A DNA stretch of 64,000 nt from an uncultured Desulfobacterales bacterium (GCA_964636125.1 CAZWPX010000011.1:18741-82740), one strand, 5' to 3'; positions 47,494 through 56,013 are shown, counted from the stretch's first letter. Numbers and translations are program-made. The notes: generated by a model not told the origin, from the sequence alone.

Positions 47494-47585
47494 GGCGTTT
47501 CCTTTGCCACAGACTATCATACGATATTAGAAATATTCAATCTCCTAAATTGGAAATCCCAGCGGGTGCCATATTCGTGAATTAA

Positions 47586-47610
47586 ATATTTCAAAAATAT
47601 GAAACGCTCA
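47586..47610 (+). repeat. Copy B of the 24/25-nt repeated intergenic element (atatttcaaaaatatgaaacgctca)
   Basis: See copy A at 16412..16435. This copy lies between the stop of the 47613..48224 gene and the AKR pseudogene start. Confidence 0.8.
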
Positions 47611-47612
47611 TT

Positions 47613-48224
47613 TTAGGAATCTGAATCGTACCGGCTGCCGGCAAGTCGACCGCACAGGAAAGTGCCCAGGGTATAGATGGCGCGTTCATCAAGGTAGGTT
47701 TCGATTGTGGCCTGCAGCAACAGGCTGCACTGGGCCGGGAATGACGCCTCCGCATCATTGAACAGCAGGTGGATCGGGACGCCGGGCAGGGCTTCAAACC
47801 GGATCAACAGGTCATAGCCTTGCGTGTCCGGCCGCACGATTCCGGAGAGCGCGGCGGCGGCACGCTTGAGTTCATCCGGTTGGCCGGAGAAGGTGCTGGT
47901 AATGGTTTTGTTGGTGTTGTTGGCGAAATTGACCGCCAGGGGGCCCGCCCCGTCCAGCTCTCGATAGGAGACGAAGTGGTTTCCTCGGGGGCTGACCCCG
48001 GGGCGATGAAGTACGTAATCTCGAAGCACCGCTATAATCGGTGGTGTTGGCCGCCGGCCGTCGGGGTCTAATATTTCCGTCCGGGTTATGGTATGGGGAA
48101 CCCCGAAAAAAGGAATGCGGAGTCGGCGGCCATCAAAATCGACGCCTGCCCTATTGGCGGCGGTGGCCAGATCGGCCACGGGCAGGGGCGGGTAGGCCGT
48201 TGCAGCCTGGGCCTGGGCTTTCAC
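47613..48224 (-). CDS. Hypothetical protein, possibly DUF3786-like
   Basis: The 203-aa ORF has a GTG start overlapping the upstream stop (TAGTG). The family is assigned from memory only. Confidence 0.35.
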   Translation of the reverse strand: MKAQAQAATAYPPLPVADLATAANRAGVDFDGRRLRIPFFGVPHTITRTEILDPDGRRPTPPIIAVLRDYVLHRPGVSPRGNHFVSYRELDGAGPLAVNFANNTNKTITSTFSGQPDELKRAAAALSGIVRPDTQGYDLLIRFEALPGVPIHLLFNDAEASFPAQCSLLLQATIETYLDERAIYTLGTFLCGRLAGSRYDSDS

Positions 48225-48406
48225 TATGAATCGCCCCGGCGCAGCTCCCGTATCCGGGCAGACAATGCGTCTCTTTCCTCTTCCAGCTGGAAAAGGGCCG
48301 CCATCTGCCAGGGCCGGACCGAATGGGCCGGCAGGCGGCCCTCGGCATCTTCCAGCTTCTCTTCAATTTCTTTGAGTCTTGTTTCCAGTTGGTCAATTTT
48401 TGTCAT
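48224..48406 (-). CDS. Small coiled-coil protein (60 aa), unknown function
   Basis: The sequence is MTKIDQLETRLKEIEEKLEDAEGRLPAHSVRPWQMAALFQLEEERDALSARIRELRR. A GAGAGGG Shine-Dalgarno sequence precedes the ATG at 48406. It appears translationally coupled to the next gene. Confidence 0.45.
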   Translation of the reverse strand: MTKIDQLETRLKEIEEKLEDAEGRLPAHSVRPWQMAALFQLEEERDALSARIRELRRGDS

Positions 48407-48789
48407 GTTCCCTCTCGTCTGGCCGCTGGTGGGGCGCATTGCTGTTTATCCATTGTGAGACCCGGCTGGATTATGTCTGTTTTTAAATATAAGGACCAAA
48501 ACGTCTGCTGTCATTGACGTAAATCAATAACCCAACGCATCGGGTTTCATTGAAAACAGTCGCGGTTGAGTCTGTGGCAGCGGCATCTCCTTGTGTGGTG
48601 TCTGATCAGCAGGGGTGAAACAACTGTATCAGTTCGCAGAGACAGACTGTCTCAAACAGCTGCAATGTGTATTACCCGGTGCCCTGCACGCGCGAAAGCA
48701 TGTTGGCCCGGCACGCATAAACTGTATATAATAAAATAAAAACAATACGTTGTAAATTGTTGGGTGCTGAACGGATCTTCCTGTGGACA

Positions 48790-48804
48790 TGGCACGGTTG
48801 TTGC
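48790..48804 (+). promoter_or_regulatory. Sigma54 (-24/-12) promoter candidate upstream of tpx
   Basis: TGGCACGGttgTTGC matches the core of the YTGGCACGR-N3-TTGCW consensus exactly. It lies 68 nt upstream of the tpx ATG. Confidence 0.6.
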
Positions 48805-48872
48805 CATTATAAACAAGTTACGGACGATGTTCACCCGATTTTGTATGTTTACATTCACAGGAGGACAATAAG

Positions 48873-49472
48873 ATGGCACAGACAGCATTGGAAGGAAAAC
48901 CCTTGAACACATCCGGCGACCTGCCGGCAGTCGGTAGCCAGGCACCGGCTTTCACTTTTACCGGAACAGATATGGCAGATATCACCCTGGACGATTTTCC
49001 AGAGAAAAAAGTGGTTCTGAATATCTTTACAAGTATCGATACATCGGTCTGCGCCCTGTCGGTCAAAAGGTTTAATGCCGAGGCTGCCAAGCATACGGAT
49101 ACCAGGGTTATCAACGTTTCCCGGGACCTGCCCTTTGCGCATGCCCGTTTTTGCGGGGCCGAGGGTATTGAAAACGCATTGTCGGCTTCGGTTATGAAAG
49201 ACCTCTCTTTTGGTGATGATTACGGAGTGGCTTTTACTGAAGGGCCTGTCCAGGGGTTGTTCGGGCGGGCAGTGGTGGTGATCGATGAAAATCGCAAAGT
49301 CATCTATGCCCAACTGGCTGCGGAGCATACCGAGGAGCCGGACTACGACAGTGCCCTGGCTGCCCTGACTGCTTCCGGAAATGACATGGACGCCTGTGTG
49401 GTGACACCCACCGCGGAGCACTCACGGGCAGATGGCTTTGATGAACCCTGTGATGACGGCCGTGCGGGCTGA
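48873..49472 (+). CDS. tpx: Thiol peroxidase (Tpx, atypical 2-Cys peroxiredoxin) with a C-terminal extension of about 30 aa
   Basis: The sequence contains GSQAPAFTFTGTD, VLNIFTSIDTSVCALSVKRF, DLPFAHARFCGAEG and RAVVVIDENRKVIY. An AGGAGGA Shine-Dalgarno sequence is present. Confidence 0.85.
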   Translation: MAQTALEGKPLNTSGDLPAVGSQAPAFTFTGTDMADITLDDFPEKKVVLNIFTSIDTSVCALSVKRFNAEAAKHTDTRVINVSRDLPFAHARFCGAEGIENALSASVMKDLSFGDDYGVAFTEGPVQGLFGRAVVVIDENRKVIYAQLAAEHTEEPDYDSALAALTASGNDMDACVVTPTAEHSRADGFDEPCDDGRAG

Positions 49473-49491
49473 CAGATGGGTGGGCTAAACC

Positions 49492-50880
49492 ATGGGTAAC
49501 AGAATTGAGCGAGATTCTCTCGGGTCGCTGCAGGTGCCCCAGGACGCTTATTTCGGCGCCGGCACCCAGAGAGCGATCGAAAACTTTCCCATCAGCGGGC
49601 AGGTGTTGCCGGGTCGTTTTCTTAAAACCCTGGCTCTTGTCAAGCAGGCTAGCGCCCGGGTCAATGCAGCCCTGGGATTGCTGGCTGGGCCCCTGGCCGA
49701 TGCAATCGAAACTGCCTGTAATGAAGTTATGGCCGGCCGCTTTGAGGACCAGTTCCCGGTGGATGTGTTCCAGACCGGTTCCGGAACGTCCACCAACATG
49801 AATATGAACGAGGTCATTGCCGCCCGGGCCAATGAACTGCTGACAGGTAAAAAAGGCGGGCGCGACCCGGTGCATCCCAATGATCACGTCAATCTGGGGC
49901 AGTCCAGCAATGACGTGATTCCTACGGCGCTGCATGTTTCGGCGGTGATGGCCATTAAAGAAAATCTGGAGCCGGCCCTGGAACAGCTGGCGGTTGCCCT
50001 CTGGGAGCGCGCCGGCGCCTTTGCGGATATTGGCAAGATCGGACGAACGCATCTCCAGGATGCGGTGCCGATAACCCTGGGAGATGAATTTTCAGGCTAT
50101 ACCCACCAGGTGCAAAAAGCGGTTGCCCGGGCTGCCAATGCAACGGCCGAGCTGGCCGAACTGCCCCTGGGCGGCACGGCTGTCGGGAATGGACTGAACA
50201 CCCACCCGGATTTTGCCAATAAAGTTATCGAACGCCTGGCGGTGCAAACCGGTTTTCCCTTTAAGGAAGCCCAGGACCATTTTGAAGCCCAGGGGGCCCG
50301 GGATGCCGCGGTGGCGGCCAGCGGGCTATTAAAAACCATTGCGGTCAGCCTGTCTAAAATTGCAAACGACATTCGCTGGCTGGCTTCAGGTCCCCGCAGT
50401 GGATTGGGAGAGATCCAGCTGCCCGCCATACAACCCGGCTCTTCGATCATGCCGGGCAAGGTCAATCCGGTCATTCCCGAGGCGGTTATTCAGGCAGCCA
50501 CGCAGGTTATCGGCAACGACACGGTTGTCACCCTGGCCGGCCAGGGCGGCTATTTTGAATTAAACGCCATGCTGCCGGTCATGATCTATAACCTGCATCA
50601 CTCTATAGCGCTGCTTTCCTCTGCTGCGGATGTCTTTACACAAAAATGTATCCGTGGTATTCAGGCTGATACTGAAAAATGCCTTGGAACCATTGAGAAC
50701 AGCCTGGCGCTTGCCACCTACCTTGTCCCAGACCTGGGATACGACAAGTCCGCCGATATTGCTCACCGAGCCCATGCGGAAGGTAAAACCATCGAGGCCG
50801 CTGTACGCGCCGAGGGCGCGCTGCCCCCGGAACGGATTGATGCGCTCTTTAAACGATTTCGAAAAAATCAAAATAGATAA
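49492..50880 (+). CDS. fumC: Class II fumarate hydratase (fumarase/aspartase superfamily)
   Basis: QTGSGTSTNMNMNEV, HPNDHVNLGQSSNDV and GRTHLQDAVPITLG are fumarase-like. GSSIMPGKVNPVIPE has an aspartase-like tail, so the substrate call is not certain. Confidence 0.7.
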   Translation: MGNRIERDSLGSLQVPQDAYFGAGTQRAIENFPISGQVLPGRFLKTLALVKQASARVNAALGLLAGPLADAIETACNEVMAGRFEDQFPVDVFQTGSGTSTNMNMNEVIAARANELLTGKKGGRDPVHPNDHVNLGQSSNDVIPTALHVSAVMAIKENLEPALEQLAVALWERAGAFADIGKIGRTHLQDAVPITLGDEFSGYTHQVQKAVARAANATAELAELPLGGTAVGNGLNTHPDFANKVIERLAVQTGFPFKEAQDHFEAQGARDAAVAASGLLKTIAVSLSKIANDIRWLASGPRSGLGEIQLPAIQPGSSIMPGKVNPVIPEAVIQAATQVIGNDTVVTLAGQGGYFELNAMLPVMIYNLHHSIALLSSAADVFTQKCIRGIQADTEKCLGTIENSLALATYLVPDLGYDKSADIAHRAHAEGKTIEAAVRAEGALPPERIDALFKRFRKNQNR

Positions 50881-50971
50881 TCCGGCTGCTGCCGGCAGCT
50901 GAATTGCCATTTCGTGGTCGTTACCGGAGAGGTATACCCGCTTGGGTTAGATAGTTGCGAAAGGTTGATAA

Positions 50972-53146
50972 ATGCCGGATACCCCCCTTGCCATATTGAA
51001 AGAAACTTTTGGTTATGATGACTTCATTTCCCTGCAGGCGGAAATTATTGACAACATTCTCAAAGGGCGTGATGCTCTGGTTATCATGCCAACCGGGGGC
51101 GGCAAGTCCATTTGCTACCAGATACCGGCCCTGGTTTTCAGCAACCTGACCGTGGTTGTCTCCCCCTTGATCTCCCTTATGAAAGACCAGGTCCAGCAGT
51201 TGACTGCAACCGGTGTGAACGCGGTTCTGCTGAACAGTTCTCTTTCCGGGTCGGAATATCGGGACAACCTGGCGGCCATCCGGGCCCGGCAGGCCAAACT
51301 GCTGTACGTGGCCCCGGAGACACTGCTGAAACCAGGCATCCTGCAGCTGCTGGAGCGTGTCAAGGTTGATTGCCTGGCCATTGACGAAGCACATTGTATC
51401 TCCGACTGGGGGCATGATTTCAGACCCGAGTACCGCAAGCTGATCGAGGTCAGGCAGCGATTTGATAAAGCCGTCTGCGTGGCGCTGACGGCCACTGCCA
51501 CCACCCGGGTGCGGGATGATATCAAGCAATCTTTGGGATTTGGTGACTCAGGGGAATTTCTGGCCAGTTTTAACCGTGAGAACCTGTTTCTCAAGGTTTC
51601 TCAGAAAAATAAGGGTAAAAGGCAAATCATTGCTTTCCTGCGCCGGTACCCGGATCAATCAGGCATTATCTACTGCGCCACCCGCAACCAGGTTGAAAGC
51701 CTGGCCGAAGTGCTTGACCGCAAGGGTTTTTCGGTCCGGCCTTACCACGCCGGGCTTGGGGAAGAGGTGCGCAAGGATAATCAGGAGAAATTTGTGCGCG
51801 ATGAGGTCCAGATTATCGTGGCCACGGTGGCCTTTGGCATGGGTATCAATAAGTCGAATGTACGTTTCGTGATACACCATGATATTCCCCGCAATATTGA
51901 AAGCTATTACCAGGAGATTGGCCGGGCCGGCCGGGATGGTCTCGAGGCGGAATGCCTGCTGCTGTTCGGGTACGGTGATATTTACAAGATCAAACATTTC
52001 ATTGCCCAAAAAAGCGAGCAGGAACAACGGGTGGCCAACCTGCAGCTGAATGCGCTCCTGGGTATGATTGAATCTGTCGATTGTCGGCGGGTTCCCCTGC
52101 TGGGCTACTTTGGAGAGGCCCATGCCGGCCGGTGCGGAATGTGCGACAACTGTACCGAAACCCAGGCCGCCCGGGAGGATATCACGGTGGAGGCCCAGAA
52201 ATTTCTGGCCTGTGTGAAGCGCACCGGCGAACGATTCGGGATGAATCACATCATTGATGTGCTGCGGGGGTCAAAAGGCCGGCGGGTCGTAAGTTTGGGT
52301 CACAATCAGCTGTCAACCTACGGGATCGGTCGCGATTATTCCAAACGACAGTGGCAGTCCATGGGTTGGCAGTTCCTGCACCAGGGGTTCATGACCCAGG
52401 ATATGGAATTCGGGGGGTTGCACCTGACCCCGGAGGCCTGGGCCGTCTTTAAAGGTGAAAAGACGGTTTTCGGGCGACCTGCAGCCAAAGAGCCGGAAAA
52501 GTCACCGGCTGACAGAAACCGGAAAATTCTGTTTAAGTACAATCAGGATCTGTTTGAATTACTCCGGCAGGAACGCATGGAAATTGCCCGGAGCCTGAAT
52601 ATTCCCCCGTTTGTAGTCTTTGCCGATAGATCCCTGGCGGAAATGGCGTCCGCCTATCCGCAGTCTCAGGAAAGCCTGCTGGCAATTCATGGTGTCGGCC
52701 GGACAAAATATGAGAAATATGGGCGCCGCTTTATTGAGATCATTACCGAGTATTGTAAGCTCAATGATATTGATGCACCTGAAACGATCCAAACCAGGGC
52801 GAAACCTGTTCAGCCGAAAACGACCGGACAACTGCGGTATTGCCAGGTGGGGGAGCGCTACAACAAAGGGCGTTCCATTAAGGACCTTATGGCGTCGTAC
52901 CAGGTTAAGCTGGACACCGTGCTGGGGCATCTGACGCGCTATGCCGCAGAGGGCAATCCCATTCGGTCTGATGGAATTCTGGAAGCATCCAGCCTGCCGG
53001 CGGAAAAAATCAAAGGGGTGATCAGGCAAATTGACACCCACGGGACGGACTATCTCCAGCCTGTGTTTGCAGCCCTGGAGGGTGAGGTCAGCTACACGGA
53101 ATTGAGACTTATCAGGCTGTACTGCCTGGGTGAAAAGGGTTCTTGA
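50972..53146 (+). CDS. recQ: ATP-dependent DNA helicase RecQ (long form with extra C-terminal domain)
   Basis: The sequence contains FGYDDFISLQAEII, MPTGGGKSICYQIPA, DEAHCISDWGHDFRPEY, IVATVAFGMGINKSNVRFVIH, a zinc-binding CGMCDNC and an HRDC region. Confidence 0.95.
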   Translation: MPDTPLAILKETFGYDDFISLQAEIIDNILKGRDALVIMPTGGGKSICYQIPALVFSNLTVVVSPLISLMKDQVQQLTATGVNAVLLNSSLSGSEYRDNLAAIRARQAKLLYVAPETLLKPGILQLLERVKVDCLAIDEAHCISDWGHDFRPEYRKLIEVRQRFDKAVCVALTATATTRVRDDIKQSLGFGDSGEFLASFNRENLFLKVSQKNKGKRQIIAFLRRYPDQSGIIYCATRNQVESLAEVLDRKGFSVRPYHAGLGEEVRKDNQEKFVRDEVQIIVATVAFGMGINKSNVRFVIHHDIPRNIESYYQEIGRAGRDGLEAECLLLFGYGDIYKIKHFIAQKSEQEQRVANLQLNALLGMIESVDCRRVPLLGYFGEAHAGRCGMCDNCTETQAAREDITVEAQKFLACVKRTGERFGMNHIIDVLRGSKGRRVVSLGHNQLSTYGIGRDYSKRQWQSMGWQFLHQGFMTQDMEFGGLHLTPEAWAVFKGEKTVFGRPAAKEPEKSPADRNRKILFKYNQDLFELLRQERMEIARSLNIPPFVVFADRSLAEMASAYPQSQESLLAIHGVGRTKYEKYGRRFIEIITEYCKLNDIDAPETIQTRAKPVQPKTTGQLRYCQVGERYNKGRSIKDLMASYQVKLDTVLGHLTRYAAEGNPIRSDGILEASSLPAEKIKGVIRQIDTHGTDYLQPVFAALEGEVSYTELRLIRLYCLGEKGS

Positions 53147-53319
53147 GTGAAATTCGATACCCGGACCTGTAAACGGCTGCCATCAACACACTTGAATCGA
53201 TTGTCTGCCATGAACTGGGAGACTTTACCAGCGGAGAGACATCTGTGGGCGCTTTGCATGGCTCTACGGAAGAAGACCAGTTTTAACAGTTACAACTTAT
53301 CCTCTTTGGTCGGGGCGTA

Positions 53320-54183
53320 TTATTTTTTGGAAGGCTTCGCCTTGCGCTCCAGTTCTTCTGCAATAAGGCTGATCAGGTTGCCCAATTGATTGCCTTTTAC
53401 TTTTTTCCCGTTGATGAATACCGAGGGGGTGCCCCGGACTCCGATCTGGCGACCATTTTCCACGTCTTCAAGGATCTGGGCCCGGTTCTCGGGCGACTTG
53501 ATATCACCATTGAAACGGGTCATGTCCAGTCCCAGATCTTTGGCAATAGATTGGATTTTCTCATCGTCAATGGCGTTGTGGTTTTTCAGCAGGGCCTTAT
53601 GGAATGGCCAGAATTTTCCCTGGTTGTGGGCGGCCATGGCACCCATGGCGGCATTAAAGGCGAAACGGTGACTGGACAGGGGGAACTGCTTGGCAATCAG
53701 GCGTACGTCGTTTGGATATCGCTCCAGCACCTGCTGGAGAAGCGCTTCGAGTCGCGCGCAATACGGTCACTGGTAGTCATCGAACACCACCAGGGTGACT
53801 TTGGGCTTTTGGGCGCCCGTTGCAGGCCGGTTTGAGATGTTGATTGTATAGACCTGGTCAAACTTGATGACACTGAGTTTGGCCGGATCGGCGGCCGCTA
53901 CAATCAGCTTTTCATCATTGGCGTAGGCGATCCGGGTGAAGCTCCTGTTCACCGGGATCGGTTCCAGAAAGGTATCGGTGTCTGTGGCATAGACCAGGAT
54001 TTCCCCGGGGGTCAGGGTAAAGATCAGCTTTCCATCGAAAGAAGCAGTCACATCTAGGGCCTGGTTTTTAAGCTTCAGTTCGCGCAGATTTTCCCACTCG
54101 ATACCGGCCTGGACAAGCCCGGGCAGCAGCACCAGCGCAATGCACAGCATCAGGAATTGTTTTAAGGTTCGGTGTGTTTTCAA
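53320..54183 (-). CDS. Periplasmic DsbA-family thiol:disulfide oxidoreductase, probable selenoprotein (U-P-Y-C active site; Sec codon TGA at 53767..53769)
   Basis: Two same-frame ORFs in the track are separated only by a TGA. Read-through gives VTLVVFDDYQ-U-PYCARLEALLQQVLERYPNDVRLIAKQFPL. A signal peptide (MKTHRTLKQFLMLCIALVLLPGLVQA) starts from TTG at 54183, with GGAGG 7 nt upstream. The DsbA C-terminus GVRGTPSVFINGK is present. Confidence 0.7.
53722..53739 (-). promoter_or_regulatory. Candidate bacterial SECIS hairpin
   Basis: The minus-strand RNA CUCCAGC-AGGU-GCUGGAG forms a 7-bp stem with a GU-containing tetraloop. It starts 27 nt after the UGA. Confidence 0.45.
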
Positions 54184-54205
54184 TGGATAGCCTCCAATTC
54201 TCTTT

Positions 54206-55786
54206 TTACAGATCCTGTTTGCGAACTTCAACCTTGTTCACAAGGTATTTCTTGACATCACCGATGGGAACCTCCCGGCGGTGAAAAATTCCGGCTGCCA
54301 GGGCGGACTCGGCTGCGGTACGATTGAACACCTCCGCAAAGTGCCTGGCACTCCCGGCACCGCTGGATGCGATCACCGGTATGGTGACGGCATTTTTAAC
54401 AGTGTTGATCAACTCGATATCAAAGCCGGAATTGGTGCCGTCCCTGTCGATGCAATTGAGCAGGATCTCTCCGGCACCCAGTTCTTCACACGCTTTGGCC
54501 AGTGTGACTGCGTCCAGATCGCGGCCTTCGCGTCCGCCTTTGATGGTACACTGATACCAGCAGTATTCTTCACCGGCCGGGCCGGGTTGAGAGGTTTTGA
54601 TCACGGTGTGTTTGACTTCATCCGGAGAGTGGACATAAACCCTGCGCGGATCAACCGAGATGACCACGGCCTGGTTGCCGTATACCCGCGAGATTGCTTC
54701 GATGGCACTCCGGCCTGTTTTCTGGCCGGTTGCAAGGTACGCTTCGGCAATGATAACGGCATCGCTGCCAATGGAAATTTTGTCCGCCCCGGAGCGAAAA
54801 TACGCTGCCGCCACCTCCAGGGATGTGTAGGTTTTGCCGTTGGCATCCGTGTAGTCCCGGATCCCGCCGCCTATGGTAAGGGGCACAAAAACGTTTTTGG
54901 AAGTCTGTTTCAGGACATCGATCATGGGCATGTCTTCAAGCGGAAAATCCCGGAATCCGGTGATGTTTAAAAACGTAATTTCATCCGCCCCTTCCTGGTA
55001 ATACCGCTCAGCCAGTTCAACCGGTTTGCCCAGGTTTCTCACCGAACCCTTCTCACGGACATCATATTGATCGCCTTTGGTCACCACCAGGTCACCGTGG
55101 TCATTGGCGCGCACATCCAGGCAGGCGATAATCCGCTTGGCCAGTTTCGTGCGGGTCTGGATTTCAGGGGGGCGCACTTTATCCCGGTCGATGGCTAAAA
55201 AATTATCGAGCAATTTTTGCCCGGCCCGGCCGCTTTTTTCCGGGTGGAACTGGGTGCCGATGATGCTGCCCTGCTGCACGCTGCTGGCAAATTCAATACC
55301 GTAATCAGTGGTGGTCAGCGTCACTTCCGGATCTTCCGGGGCAATGTAATAGGAATGTACGAAATAAAATTTTTCATCCCCCTGCAACCCGTTAAAAATA
55401 CGGGATGGTTTCCGGGGATTGATTCCGTTCCAGCCAATGTGGGGGACCGCCAGGTCGATGTCGAAGCGTTTTACCGCACCTTTAAAAATGCCCAACCCTC
55501 TGGTTGCCAAGGCCTCAGCACTGTTTTCAAAGAGGGCCTGCATGCCCAGGCAGATGCCGAAAAAGGGGCGACCGCCGGCCAGAAACGCTTTCAGGGGTTC
55601 TACATAGCCCTTCCGGTTCAGGATCTGCATCATATTCCCGAAGGCCCCGACACCCGGGAAGACCAATCTTTCAGCGTTGGCAATTTCGTCACTGCGTCCG
55701 GTGATCTTTACCGTTTCACCCAGGCTTTCAATGGCGTTGATGACACTGCGGACGTTGCCGGCGCCGTAATCAAGTAATGTAATCAT
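54206..55786 (-). CDS. hisHF: Imidazole glycerol phosphate synthase, fused glutaminase-cyclase (HisH-HisF single polypeptide)
   Basis: The N-terminal HisH part contains LLDYGAGNVRSV, FFGICLGMQALF and TQFHPEKS. The C-terminal HisF part contains RIIACLDVR, FVPLTIGGGIRD, VVISVDPRR and IPVIASSGAG. Total length is 526 aa in one frame. Confidence 0.9.
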   Translation of the reverse strand: MITLLDYGAGNVRSVINAIESLGETVKITGRSDEIANAERLVFPGVGAFGNMMQILNRKGYVEPLKAFLAGGRPFFGICLGMQALFENSAEALATRGLGIFKGAVKRFDIDLAVPHIGWNGINPRKPSRIFNGLQGDEKFYFVHSYYIAPEDPEVTLTTTDYGIEFASSVQQGSIIGTQFHPEKSGRAGQKLLDNFLAIDRDKVRPPEIQTRTKLAKRIIACLDVRANDHGDLVVTKGDQYDVREKGSVRNLGKPVELAERYYQEGADEITFLNITGFRDFPLEDMPMIDVLKQTSKNVFVPLTIGGGIRDYTDANGKTYTSLEVAAAYFRSGADKISIGSDAVIIAEAYLATGQKTGRSAIEAISRVYGNQAVVISVDPRRVYVHSPDEVKHTVIKTSQPGPAGEEYCWYQCTIKGGREGRDLDAVTLAKACEELGAGEILLNCIDRDGTNSGFDIELINTVKNAVTIPVIASSGAGSARHFAEVFNRTAAESALAAGIFHRREVPIGDVKKYLVNKVEVRKQDL

Positions 55787-55815
55787 CTTATTTTCCTGTT
55801 GGATTTAAATGCCCG

Positions 55816-56013
55816 CTATGACCCCTGCATGATTTTAAGAATGATCGGGACTACTATGATGACGACCAGAATAATAATACCTGGAAGCGTCAGGTAGGGT
55901 TTAAACCAGGGCAGGTTCAGGGCCCGGGCCTTTTTTAATTCGTCCAGAAAACTGTTTCCCACAATCAGGGCCGCTACCAGGACCGCGATTGCTTTGATAA
56001 TCGAGACCAGCAT
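55816..56013 (-). CDS. Small two-TM membrane protein, unknown function
   Basis: The 65-aa ORF has two hydrophobic helices (IKAIAVLVAALIVG and LPGIIILVVIIVVPIIL). Confidence 0.4.
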   Translation of the reverse strand: MLVSIIKAIAVLVAALIVGNSFLDELKKARALNLPWFKPYLTLPGIIILVVIIVVPIILKIMQGS

